A DNA stretch of 64,000 bases from Callorhinchus milii. Lineage: Eukaryota. The stretch covers positions 61,878,001 through 61,942,000 of the forward strand of contig NW_024704743.1 of assembly GCF_018977255.1 (NCBI RefSeq). Direction: 5' to 3'. The translations under genes and the position numbers were made by a program. Positions within the stretch are counted from its first letter, which is position 1, and each line of letters begins with the position of its first letter. Shown piece after piece: positions 1 through 12,465 of this stretch. Under the pieces are notes generated by a model, which had not been told where the DNA came from, searched no databases, and saw only the letters and a program-made list of their open reading frames with translations.

Positions 1-412
1 TAGAAAAAACCTGCCGACAGTACTAGTGCAGAATATTTCTTACAGTGTATGCAGAGTATTCAGAATGAGGTAAAAGTGAATCGTTATTGTGAAATGGTGC
101 TAATTCCCTAGAACAAATAAAGGAGGAGAAAAATCTTTATTACAGAAATAATAGTATCTGGAAAGCTCTTTCAGAAAAAGACTAATATTTCCATATCAGT
201 ACCACTTACACAGTCTTGACTATGTTTTAAGACAAAGAGTTGAAGAGCAAAAACAAAATACAAACGTCAAATATTACAACTGAGGCCTCAACACTTGAAA
301 GTAAAAAATACTTGAATGAGTACTACCAATTTAACCACCGTGGAGCTGAAAATGCATTAATAAACATTTTATTAACAGAGAATTTTAATAACAAGTGACA
401 AGTTGTACTGAC

Positions 413-582
413 CTCGATCACTGTAATCATCCACTATGATGATTTCCTTCAGCAGAATATCAGGTGAAGTGTCGAGAACGCTGTGAACTGTGCGTAGAAG
501 TGTTGACCAGGCCTCATTATAAAATGCTATTACCACTGAAGTGGTTGGAAGGTTGTTATAATCATATGTCTTCTCTTTGCAC
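413..582 (-). CDS. GALNT12: GALNT12 coding exon 2 (start of catalytic domain); gene continues off the left edge
   Basis: Read by hand, not in the ORF track. cag|G TGC AAA ... GAT CGA G|gtcagt encodes [56 protein letters not shown]. 170 nt; joins exon 1 in phase (CT+G = Leu). Confidence 0.93.
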
Positions 583-1498
583 CTGGATATAACACAAAAA
601 TTGTATTAACAAGATGCAATATAGAAGGGGAGCTGGGGTACATGCCGGAAACAAAATAACCTTGTGGACTCGAGTGGAAATAACCACCAACATAGACTGT
701 TTCCGAGCTATACAGTCTTTGCAAATCTGTGTAAAACAGGTACAAATTCCCATAGCAATGAAGGAAAATGTATGCCATCCTGCTTTGCCCTATCCCAATT
801 CACATTACAGTCTATTCTGTGAAGCGCTTTGAGACAGCTCGAAGACATGAAGAGCGCTATATCAAATGCAAGGGCTATTATTATTATGACAGACACCCGG
901 ATGACCAAAACAAAAGTATGCACAAAGTGAACAAACTATAAATATTGCTCCACATAATTTAGACTGCGGTGAATAAAATCAAAATGTGTACTCCAAGATT
1001 GTAGCTATTTAAATGAATGGTAATGGAATACCTGTGATATATAAAAAGCTAAAATTCCCACTCTAACTTACTCAATGGCATTCCCCACCTATCACTTGAG
1101 TTGAATTGCATAATATGGATTTAACCCCACTTTCACAGTCGTATGACCATGAAGCGGCAATCATATTTTTACAAACACTTTCTTATTTCTTTTTAATAAG
1201 AAAAAAGAGACTATTTATATGAACAATGGATTACCTTTGTAAATATTGTACACTCATCTTAGATTAGTCCAAAAGACACGTTAGCAGCTGCACTGTTGAA
1301 TTTTCAGTTCTTGAAGGAGGGCTAAGTGGTAACTTGACACACTAAGACATTGCAGCATAAACCAAGCTTGTTGAGCTATTCTTAGTAAGGCAGAAGCCTT
1401 CGATCAGGTAGCCAGTTGATCAACTTTCTTTGTTGTTGCATCTGTTTCAGTCCATGCTTCACCTTTTAGATATACTTTTGACAGCATACCCACTTATA

Positions 1499-1610
1499 CA
1501 AGGTGACCAAAGCGTTGTGATACCTTTACAATGTCTAATAAGTCTTAAAGAAATTATGATTTTTTTTTTTTAGATAATAGGATAGATATCACAACTTTTT
1601 GGTCAACCTG
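1499..1610. mobile_element. Tc1/mariner-type MITE, ~112 bp
   Basis: TA|CAAGGTGACCAAAGCGTTGTGATA ... TATCACAACTTTTTGGTCAACCTG|TA; a related copy sits at 33577-33690. Confidence 0.75.
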
Positions 1611-3359
1611 TATTTATAAATGACCCATTGAGATCACTTATGTTCTCCAGAGATGAATCTTCCACACTTATCTGTCAAACATGTAGAAAATGTTCAAGTG
1701 TATTTGCCCAATATAGATTTTCCAATGTTCACATTGGAGGCGGTTACGCTTTAACAATAATTTGTACATTCAACCCTGCAATCTTACATTACCAAATTTT
1801 GAACCAAAACCTTCTTAGCAGTACATGCATCAGCCTGATATTGTAATACAAGGTGTCTGTGTAGACTTTGCAAGAAGCCATCAAAGGATTGTGCACAAGT
1901 GATTTTTCTTTGGGCTATTCCCACTTGTTGACTCAGTTAAACTAACTTAGTATATATTGTGGGACACATATAATGCTGGGGCCCATAAAATCTCAATCAG
2001 AGCTTGCACTTGCAAATAGGAAATGGAAGGCTCTATTGGCATTTAGAAACACTCACTGGTGCATAGGAAACAAAGTGGCTGACTTCCAGCTCGTCATGTT
2101 GCTGCCAAAGGCACTTCCTGCACCCTGCAGAAATTGATATCAGTGGCACTCCAATGACCTGGAAATCGACCAATTTGGCTTCATGTATTTCAGCCAGCAT
2201 TTTGAAGCTCCACAATGTGGTTGTGGATTTTTTGGGTGAGTAAATGTCAGGGTCCACACGCCAAATGCATTATAAGCAAACATGCATTATAACAAAGTTC
2301 TGCTTTATATGTATAATTCCTGAAGAACTTACTTTAAAGGGCAATTATTAGAGTATATTTTTTGTACAGTCACCTCAATTATATCAGAAAACTGCCTCTG
2401 ATGGTATATATTGTCCCATGGTTTGAACTTGGACAGCAAGTCAAAAGTATAATTTCTGAGGCACAACTCTTCCCATATATTAAAAATTCTAGGTAGAGGT
2501 TTCTAAAATAATGTTTTCATAGCATTCATGCAAAGATAATCAAAATAAGTAATGCAGTGAAAATTCTCTGCAGTGATAAAACAAAATTCCGTCACCACAC
2601 TGATGATCTCTTCTAATCATCCCAACTTATCTTATGCTGCTGATTGCACTCTACATTTAATTTCCTTCACATTGCACACACAAACTTCAGTCCTCTCAAA
2701 GCATAATGGCTGAACAAATGGAGCTTGATCGCCATGTCCTTTATTAAGACAATGACAATCTTGTTTCTTTCAGTTCCAAAAATCTCTTCATGTCTGTTTG
2801 TGGGACATTGCTTAATGGAAATTGGACGCTGTATCAAAGACAAGGATTATTATTATATAAATGCAAGTTGTTGGGGTTTAGTTCAAGGCATTTAAATGTA
2901 ATATTACTTAATGTCTTCCTTAAGATGGGTTATTGACCATATAAATGGACAGTAATAACCAACAACAGAGTTCATAATGGGCCTGTAATACTACAGAGTT
3001 TGTGTTGCTTTGATGTGGTTCACATCAGACCAGAGAAAAATCTGTAGTTTGACTGTAGTTTAGGATCACAATTCTAGTTTAGAGTAACTGTGCATGAGCA
3101 CTTCAAGGAGGCAATCTCACACTGTTTCAACTATGCATTGGCAGTCAGGGAAAAGCAAGTATCTTCCTTCACTACTAGCAGAAGAAAACAAACTCTACAT
3201 TTAAAGTTTATAATCTTCATGGGCAGAAAATTATCAACATTGTGTGGTGAGAATGCCAATGGCATCCTCACTACACCGAATTCAACATGTCTATCACCCC
3301 AGTCCTTGCCAGACTCCCTGGCTTCCAAGGGGAGCCAGTTCTCATCCTTTCTTTTCTAA

Positions 3360-4545
3360 ATCCCATCATGTCCTAAGCACCTCACTGAGCTTCTCCTACC
3401 CCACTCTTCTGCTCACATTTCCTCTGCCTAACTTGTGCCTGCTGAGCATTCCCTGCAAAACCATCAGTGGTCTAGTCTTCAGTAGCTACCCCACTAACCT
3501 CTGAAATTCCTTCCTTCTACTGCTCTGGCTCGCCCCTTCTCCATCTGCCTTTAAATCCTTTCTAAAATCCCATCACTTTGATTCTGCCTATGATCATCAC
3601 CCCGCTCCCCGCTCAATGTTCAACTCTGTATTTGTGAAGCAAGCTTTAATGAAGAGAGCTACACAAATGCAAGTTGATGTTGTGGTCCTCTTCCTCACCA
3701 AGCTCCGTGACCCTATCACCCCCATCCTTGCCCAGCTCCACTGGCTTCCCATCACTCGGAGGATACAGTTCAAGACTCTGATCCTCACCTTCAAAGCCCT
3801 CCACAGCCTTGCTCCTCCATAACTGTGACCTAACAACCCACCCTACCAACCTGCCCGCTCCCTCCACTCAGTGGGATCCAGTCTGCTTCACCTCCCCCAC
3901 CTTGTCCACCCCACCATTGGTTAGCGGGCCTTTAGCCCCTCTGCCACCACCCTCTGGAACTCCATCCCACAGTCCCTCTGCCCCGCCCCCTCCCTTGCCT
4001 CTTTCATGGCCCGTCTCAAGACCCTCCTCTTCGACCATACCTTCGGTCACCCACCTACCCCTACCCTTCCCACCCTCCACAAGTGTCCACCACTACTTCT
4101 CCCCCAAGGCTGCTGAGCCCCTCATCCATGCCTTCGTGGCCAGGCTTGATTATTCTGCACTGCACTGCTCACCACTTTCCCGCTCTTCCCTACAGAAGAT
4201 GCCGACCAACCAGAACTCTGCAGCCCATGCCCCCTCCTGTACCAGGCATCACAAGCCCATCAATCACCCCATCCTTATTTAGCTCTACTTGCTCCCCAAC
4301 CCCCAGTGGATTAAATTTAAGATTCTCGTTTTCAATACCTTCACAGCATCACTCCACATTACCTCCAGTATCTCCTGTGACCCAACTGCCAATCAGACAC
4401 CGTCATGCAGTTTTATGTTCCCCTCCCAATCCACTGGTGGACAAGCTTTCAGACATTCTCCACCCACATTATGGAACTCAATTCCTGAATTCCTCCATCT
4501 TACTCCCTCTCTCTTTGCCCTCAAATTCTGTCTTAAGACCTATAA
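3360..4545 (+). mobile_element. Cluster of decayed L2 LINE 3' fragments
   Basis: Translated pieces PILAQLHWLPITRRIQFKTLILTFKALHSLAP and AEPLIHAFVARLDY resemble the L2 ORF2 C-terminus seen at 47130-47993. Confidence 0.8.
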
Positions 4546-4549
4546 ATTG

Positions 4550-5280
4550 AGGTGTCACTCACTCTCACCTCTGAGTAGGAAGGCTGTGAGTTCAAGAGCA
4601 CTGTCAGGACTTTGAATTTGTATAGTCTAAGCTCAATGCAGTGCTAGAGATGTGCCACTTTGTTTCAAAAGCTATCCTTCTGATAAGACATTAAACCAAG
4701 GTCCTATATGCCTGTTCAGGTGGACATTATAGATCCCATAGTGCTATTAAAAAGAGAAGGGAGTTTCTCCCGATGTCTTGATCAACAATCCCTCAAATAA
4801 AATTGGTCACTCACTCCATAGCTGTTTGTGGGACAATGTGGTGCGTAAATTGTCTGCAGCCCCACAAAATACACACTGCCTCAATACTTTACAGCAGGGT
4901 GGTCCAACTGGCTGCCCGCAGGCTGCATCTGGCCCAGGGGATTTAATCTGTCTCACAAACTATTTCCAACGTCAGTGTCTGAAGAGCAAATACAGGCGAC
5001 ACGCAGGCCTCGAGCCAATCTAGAGACGGTTAAAGGGGGCTCAGGCTCTCCTGACAAACCAGACTGGCCAATCGGGATAAAATATTTCTTGTGGCGGCCT
5101 GCAGGTGTTTCTCAAATCCGGCATCCAGCCCTCAGCAGCCAAAAGGCTGAACCACCTGTCTTACCCATTGTGTTTCACTCACAAAATACACAATAATCCA
5201 CTTTACAATATATTCTGTGAAGCACCTTGATAAGTTTCAACAATGTGATAAGGTATCAAATGCAAAGATTCTTATTATAT
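4550..5280 (+). mobile_element. Old Deu-domain SINE interrupted by a hAT-like MITE (4895-5158)
   Basis: cctgttcaggtggac and gctgtttgtgggac core, tail tcaaatgcaaagatt. The insert has degenerate TIRs CAGGGTGGTCCAAC / GCTGAACCACCTG. Confidence 0.65.
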
Positions 5281-7090
5281 ATCCTGTGAAGCTCTTATTT
5301 TGTATATCTTTCTAAGCTTTTAATCTCCTTCTTTACTCCTCCCCCACCCACGCCCCCCCCCCCCCCCCCCCACACCCCAGATTCAGGTTCACACTCAGGT
5401 GTGTGAAACACATTGTCCCAACATGAAAAGGGGCTACTGTATATAAATGCAAATAGTTCTTGTTCACAATTCAACTGAGCCATTGAAGGACTTTATCCAG
5501 AAAATCCTACTGGAGATTGACAGCTCACTTAAAATCCATTGCTGCCTCAAAGTAAATACGGCTACATGCCAGACCCTCGCAACTGAAATTATCCTGTCGA
5601 GACCAAATGTTTTGTAGTTTCTATCACAAAAGACAAAAAGAACTTTTTCTCCAATATAAATACTCCAGGATGGATGCCAAGATTTAAATGAGATTTACCA
5701 ATCACAAAGAAATACACCGAATAAGCCATCTGTTTACTTTTCTCTTCTGTTACTAAAGTTACTAAGATATATATCACACACGGGTGACGTCTGCAATGGT
5801 TACCACCTTTGAACAGACCTCGCCCAGAGCTAACAGGAACATTTAGATACACCGATTGTCTGAAATGAAATGCAGTGTTACATACGGGAAAAATATTGAA
5901 ACCACATAAATTAGTGTGTTACAAATCATTAAATTAGTATTGTGATTGAAACCAATTTTTTTCTAGAAAGTGGTACACATGCCTCCAGAGAATAAATGGG
6001 TATTAGATAATAATCCTTAGTAACAGTTGTGTCAGGAGAACTTCACAGGGTTTACTATGAGGTGTAATAACTGCATTTTGAAGGTGTGCTTTGTCAAAAA
6101 AGTATGGCTTTAGAAAACATGTAAAACACCTACTGGTGTCTCTCTCTTACAAACCTACAAAATTCAGGCACAATATGACTATCTTCTTGTCAGAAATTTT
6201 GGATAGAAAATAAGTCAGATTGCAAGGAGAGAAAGAAAGTGAGATTTTCAGTCGTAGCATCCTCGATTGCTTGTTTCATGTTGACACTCCCAACATTTGA
6301 TTACACATCCAAATACAATACTATATATTTCTGTGGTTTTTTTTTTTGCACTTTAGTTAATCAATTCTTGTCTAGGCTAACATGGAAAGCACGTGTGCAG
6401 AAATTGAAATCTTAAAGAAAACTAAGAGCTTCAATAGTCCAGAAAGCTTATCATCAACATTATCATCACCAATTTCAATAGTCTAAAATGCTTATGTCCA
6501 CCCAATAATGGATGGAATACAGTAAAGCCGTGTTTGGCCCATCTTTTGCCATGGGCTCCAGGACACTCCAATGCTATGTAAACCAATGAACTTTATGAAC
6601 ATTTAAATTGATTGCAGGTATGACTTTCTGAAGCAGTGCAATATTTATCTGTGCAGAAATATCTCCTGGTTCTACTTTTAACTAGCATACCTCTAATGTT
6701 AAGATTCTGTCTCTATATTCTGTCTTGTCAACTAGAATAGTCTTCTATCTATTCCCTTCATTACTTTAAGCACCTTAATCAGATTAGATTTGCATGTCAC
6801 TGCTCAGTACTCTGCTGTGGATTTTTGACCTGCATTACGCTTAAAGTATTAGTCATATAAAAATTGACTAACCATATGGTGTTATTATTAAGGTTATTTA
6901 ACTTTGGGCAGGATATTTTTCAGCCCCTGCTTATGATAATGTATATCAATTAAATATAAGATGATGTGAGATAAATTACATACAAATGTAATATTTATTG
7001 TATTTTATATCCAAACCAACTATTTGTAGAATACAAAAGTAAATGTATTTTTAAAAATCCTGGTCCGATGTACAATTAGATTTATGTTAT

Positions 7091-7408
7091 AATAATAATA
7101 ATAATCCTTGCATTTGATATAGCACTTTTCACGTTGGGAGGACGTCCCAAAGCGCTTCATAGAACACACTGTAAAGTGAATTGACTGTATATTTTTTGTG
7201 GGCGAACGCGGCAGCCAATTGCGCACAGCAATGTCCCACAAACAGTCGTTGATTGAAAATGACCAATTTATTATTGTTTTTGGAGGGATTATTATTAGGC
7301 TCTGTGTGGAGTAAGGAAACTTGCCCAAGGTTTCGCCCTCTGCCTGGAATTGAACTCAGGTCTCTCACTTGCAAAGCGAGTGCTCTAACCACTGAGCTAC
7401 AGGACTCC
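7091..7408 (-). mobile_element. Full-length young tRNA-derived SINE (Deu-like core, L2-type tail)
   Basis: Pol III A box TAGCTCAGTGGTTAGAGC and B box GAGTTCAATTCC; core TGTTTGTGGGACATTGCTGTGCGCAATTGGCTGCC; (TTA)n tail; near-identical to 61364-61695. Confidence 0.9.
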
Positions 7409-7795
7409 ACTGGTTATGGTATGTTCATTAACAGAAACTTTCACATGAGTAACTTTCACAAACTTCTCTTCTCTCATGAATTCTTAGTGCCTTTCATTAC
7501 CAGATGGCGCAGGACAGCAGATTTATTTGATTTCCCCCCTTATCCTTTCTATTCCAGAAGGAAAATAACTTGTGTTATTATTCTTTCCATCGGGCTATTT
7601 GGGTCATGGAATCAGCACAACTGAGCTTTCCCTTATCCTCACTCCGCGTGTTCAACCGGAGTCACCAGATAGCCGATCAGGAACAGGAATGCGGACCACC
7701 TGCCAACTGGGGCAGCACTGCGAGCAATCCCTTCCCACTGCTGCCCGAGCACAGAGCTCTGTGTGTGTGTGTGTGTGTCAGTGTCTGGTACTCAC

Positions 7796-8163
7796 AGTGG
7801 ATTCCACCTCTCCGGCAATCGGCGGCGGAGGGAGATTTTGTCGCTGAGATAAGTATTAATTTGATGTTTGCTGATACTTTCCTCCTCCTTCACCCTCTCC
7901 TCGCCTCCCAGGTGCAGGTGCACGGCTCTGCCCAGCTCTCCCAGCGCCTTCACATCCAGGGGAGGCTTCTCATACACCGGCCTCTTGAGCAGCTCCTGCT
8001 CCCGACCCCCAGACTGCGGGCTGTCAGCCGCCCCCCGGCGCCCACTCTCCTCCTTCCCCTTCTGGCTCTCAGCCTTTCTGGGGAACAGCAGGAAGCCCAG
8101 AGCCGCCATCCCGCAAAGCAACAACAGTACAGTCTTGGCCCGGCGCCGCCTGCCCAGCGCCAT
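7796..8163 (-). CDS. GALNT12: Polypeptide N-acetylgalactosaminyltransferase 12, coding exon 1 (cytoplasmic tail, type II TM anchor, stem)
   Basis: ATG at 8163 in a strong context (atcATGg), with an in-frame TGA upstream at 8208-8206. Translates MALGRRRRAKTVLLLLCGMAALGFLLF...KHQINTYLSDKISLRRRLPERWNPL. HQINxYLSD and RRLPERWNPL match GALNT12 as I recall it. Ends in phase 2 at CT|GTGAGT; 368 nt. Confidence 0.93.
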
Positions 8164-8660
8164 GATGCTGAGCTGAGAGCGAGTCACCCACACGGGAACC
8201 TTCACTCAGTCCCTCGCCATCGCCATCGCCGCTCCGCTCCGGGACAGAAACAAAGTTTGTCGGCAGCCCCGGGCCCAGCCCCGGGCCGGGCACTGCTCCA
8301 TGGCGCCGCCTCAGCCCCGCTTCCTGACGGCAGGAGGACAGGAAAGACTGTACTTTTCTGGGCTTTTCTTGGCTGCGCGCCCGGGGCTGAGCCTGAGCCC
8401 GGGATGGCGGCTCTCCCTCCCTCCCCTGGACTCTCGCGGGGTGAGTGGGGGTGAGTGGGGGTTGCTGTCCCCGCGGCCCGGGCTCTGGCTGTGCCTCTCT
8501 CCCGCCGCCCGCACACACTTGTTGAGCCGCTCTCCTGATGACCGGAAGCCCCGCCGCCGCCGGCACCTGGAGACCGACCACAAACCGGAAGCGACGTGGT
8601 TACCAGGCAACGCCCGACTCGTGCTGCCCGTCAGCCCCGAGCCCCCCAGGACCCCAACCT
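7960..8660 (-). promoter_or_regulatory. CpG island / GALNT12 promoter and 5' region with ETS and RFX-like motifs
   Basis: GC- and CpG-rich stretch in an AT-rich background, overlapping exon 1. ACCGGAAG at 8541-8548 and 8584-8591; GTTACCAGGCAAC at 8599-8611. Confidence 0.75.
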
Positions 8661-11600
8661 GTGCCTGTCACTGTGTGTGTGTGTGTGTCCCTGTCACTGT
8701 GTGTGTGTGTCCCTGTCACTGTGTGTGTGTGTGTGTCCCTGTCACTGTGTGTGTGTGTCCCTGTCACTGTGTGTGTGTGTCCCTGTCACTGTGTGTGTGT
8801 GTCCCTGTCACTGTGTGTGTGTGTCCCTGTCACTGTGTGTGTGTGTCCCTGTCACTGTGTGTGTGTGTGTGTCCCTGTCACTGTGTGTGTGTGTGTGTCT
8901 CAGTCACTGTGTGTGGGTGGGTCTCAGTCACTGTGTGTGTGTGTCTCTGTCACTGTGTGTGTGTGTCTGTCACTGTGTGTGTGTGTGTGTCTCTGTCACT
9001 GTGTGTGTGTGTCCCTGTCATGTGTGTGTGTGTGTCCCTGTCACTGTGTGTGTGTGTCCCTGTCACTGTGTGTGGTGTGTCCCTGTCACTGTGTGTGTGT
9101 GTCCCTGTCACTGTGTGTGTGTGTCCCTGTCACTGTGTGTGTGTGTCCCTGTCACTGTGTGTGTGTGTGTGTGTCCCTGTCACTGTGTGTGTGTGTCCCT
9201 GTCACTGTGTGTGTGTCCCTGTCACTGTGTGTGTGTGTGTGTGTCCCTGTCACTGTGTGTGTGTGTACCTGTCACTGTGTGTGTGTCCCTGTCACTGTGT
9301 GTGTGTGTCCCTGTCACTGTGTGTGTGTGTGTCTGTCACTGTGTGTGTGTGTCCCTGTCACTGTGTGTGTGTGTGTGTCCCTGTCACTGTGTGTGTGTGT
9401 ACCTGTCACTGTGTGTGTGTCCCTGTCACTGTGTGTGTGTGTCCCTGTCACTGTGTGTGTGTGTGTGTCCCTGTCACTGTGTGTGTGTGTCCCTGTCACT
9501 GTGTGTGTGTGTCCCTGTCACTGTGTGTGTGTGTCCCTGTCACTGTGTGTGTGTGTCCCTGTCACTGTGTGTGTGTGTCCCTGTCACTGTGTGTGTGTGT
9601 CCCTGTCACTGTGTGTGTGTGTCCCTGTCACTGTGTGTGTGTCCCTGTCACTGTGTGTGTGTGTCCCTGTCACTGTGTGTGTGTGTCCCTGTCACTGTGT
9701 GTGTGTGTCCCTGTCACTGTGTGTGTGTGTGTCCCTGTCACTGTGTGTGTGTGTCCCTGTCACTGTGTGTGTGTGTGTCCCTGTCACTGTGTGTGTGTGT
9801 CCCTGTCACTGTGTGTGTGTGTGTCCCTGTCACTGTGTGTGTGTGTCCCTGTCACTGTGTGTGTGTGTGTCCCTGTCACTGTGTGTGTGTGTGTGTGTGT
9901 CCCTGTCACTGTGTGTGTGTGTCCCTGTCACTGTGTGTGTGTGTTCCTGTCACTGTGTGTGTGTGTCCCTGTCACTGTGTGTGTGTGTCCCTGTCACTGT
10001 GTGTGTGTGTCCCTGTCACTGTGTGTGTGTGTCCCTGTCACTGTGTGTGTGTGTCCCTGTCACTGTGTGTGTGTGTGTCCCTGTCACTGTGTGTGTGTGT
10101 CCCTGTCACTGTGTGTGTGTGTCCCTGTCACTGTGTGTGTGTGTGTCCCTGTCACTGTGTGTGTGTGTCCCTGTCACTGTGTGTGTGTGTCCCTGTCACT
10201 GTGTGTGTGTGTCCCTGTCACTGTGTGTGTGTGTCCCTGTCACTGTGTGTGTGTGTGTCCCTGTCACTGTGTGTGTGTGTCCCTGTCACTGTGTGTGTGT
10301 GTGTCCCTGTCACTGTGTGTGTGTGTCCCTGTCACTGTGTGTGTGTGTCCCTGTCACTGTGTGTGTGTGTCCCTGTCACTGTGTGTGTGTGTGTCCCTGT
10401 CACTGTGTGTGTGTGTGTGTCCCTGTCACTGTGTGTGTGTGTCCCTGTCACTGTGTGTGTGTGTGTGTCCCTGTCACTGTGTGTGTGTGTCCCTGTCACT
10501 GTGTGTGTGTGTGTGTGTCCCTGTCCCTGTGTCAGGGTGTGTCGCTGTCTCTGTGTCAGTGTGTGTCCCTGTCCCTGTGTCAGTGTGTGTCCCTGTCACT
10601 GTGTGTGTGTGTCCCTGTCACTGTGTGTGTGTGTGTCCCTGTCACTGTGTGTGTCCCTGTCACTGTGTGTATGTGTGTGTGTCCCTGTCACTGTGTGTGT
10701 GTGTGTGTCCCTGTCACTGTGTGTGTGTGTCCCTGTCACTGTGTGTGTGTGTCCCTGTCACTGTGTGTGTGTGTCCCTGTCACTGTGTGTGTGTGTGTGT
10801 CCCTGTCACTGTGTGTGTGTGTGTGTGTCCCTGTCACTGTGTGTGTGTGTCCCTGTCACTGTGTGTGTGTGTGTGTCCCTGTCACTGTGTGTGTGTGTGT
10901 GTCCCTGTCACTGTGTGTGTGTGTGTCCCTGTCACTGTGTGTGTGTGTCCCTGTCACTGTGTGTGTGTGTCCCTGTCACTGTGTGTGTGTGTCCCTGTCA
11001 CTGTGTGTGTGTGCTGTCACTGTGTGTGTGTGTCCCTGTCACTGTGTGTGTGTGTCCCTGTCACTGTGTGTGTGTGTGTCCCTGTCACTGTGTGTGTGTG
11101 TCCCTGTCACTGTGTGTGTGTGTGTCCCTGTCACTGTGTGTGTGTGTGTCCCTGTCACTGTGTGTGTGTCCCTGTCACTGTTTGTGTGTGTGTCCTGTCA
11201 CTGTGTGTGTGTGTCTGTCACTGTGTGTGTGTGTGTGTGTCCCTGTCACTGTGTGTGTGTGTGTCCCTGTCACTGTGTGTGTGTGTGTCCCTGTCACTGT
11301 GTGTGTGTGTGTGTCCCTGTCACTGTGTGTGTGTGTGTCCCTGTCACTGTGTGTGTGTGTGTCCCTGTCACTGTGTGTGTGTCCCTGTCACTGTGTGTGT
11401 GTCCCTGTCACTGTGTGTGTGTGTCCCTGTCACTGTGTGTGTGTGTGTCCCTGTCACTGTGTGTGTGTGTCCCTGTCACTGTGTGTGTGTGTCCCTGTCA
11501 CTGTGTGTGTGTGTGTCCCTGTCACTGTGTGTGTGTGTCCCTGTCACTGTGTGTGTGTGTCCCTGTCACTGTGTGTGTGTGTCCCTGTCACTGTGTGTGT

Positions 11601-12440
11601 GTCCCTGTCACTGTGTGTGTGTTCCTGTCACTGTGTGTGTGTGTCCCTGTCACTGTGTGTGTGTGTCCCTGTCACTGTGTGTGTGTGTCTGTCACTGTGT
11701 GTGTCAGTGTGTGTGTGTCTGTCACTGTGTCTGTCACTGTGTGTCACTGTGTCTGTCACTGTGTGTGTCTGTCACTGTGTCTGTCACTGTGTGTGTCTGT
11801 CACTGTGTGTCAGTGTGTGTGTCTGTCACTGTGTCTGTCACTGTGTGTGTGTGTCTGTCACTGTGTGTGTCAGTGTGTGTGTGTCTGTCACTGTGTGTGT
11901 CAGTGTGTGTGTCTGTCACTGTGTCTGTCACTGTGTGTGTCTGTCACTGTGTCTGTCACTGTGTGTGTCTGTCACTGTGTCTGTCACTGTGTGTGTCTGT
12001 GTCACTGTGTGTGTCAGTGTGTGTGTGTGCGTCTGTCACTGTGTGTGTCAGTGTGTGTGTGTGTCTGTCACTGTGTGTGTCAGTGTGTGTGTGTGCGTCT
12101 GTCACTGTGTGTGTCAGTGTGTGTGTCTGTCACTGTGTGTGTCACTGTGTGTGTGTGTCTGTCACTGTGTGTGTCAGTGTGTGTGTCTGTCACTGTGTGT
12201 GTCAGTGTGTGTGTGTCAGTATGTCTGTGTGTGTGTATGTGTCAATGTGTGTGTGTCAGTATGTGTGTGTGTATTTGGGTGTGTCTGTGTGTTAGTGTGT
12301 GTGCCTGTGTGTGTGTCAGTGTGTGTGTGTGTATTGGGGTGTGTCTGTGTGTTAGTGTGTGTGTCAGTGTGTGTGTGTGTCAGTGTGTGTCTCTGTCAGT
12401 GTATCTGTCTGTGTGTGTGTGTGTTTACCAGTTAGTGTGT
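8660..12440. repeat. Compound minisatellite CCCTGTCACT(GT)n, unit about 20-30 bp, 3.8 kb
   Basis: Directly visible. Unit shifts to CTGTCACT/CAGT variants near 11690 and decays by about 12440. Confidence 0.97.
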
Positions 12441-12465
12441 TTGTCAACGTGTCAGTATATGTCTA

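Noticed and set aside
8164..8205. ORF-track start for GALNT12 at 8205
   Set aside because: That codon is GTG directly after a stop; the first ATG in good context is at 8163.
7570..8454. 294-aa plus-strand ORF
   Set aside because: Antisense shadow of the GC-rich GALNT12 exon 1; no recognisable domain.
8660..11700. CRISPR-like repeat-spacer appearance
   Set aside because: The spacers are only (GT)n of varying length; eukaryotic context and no cas genes.
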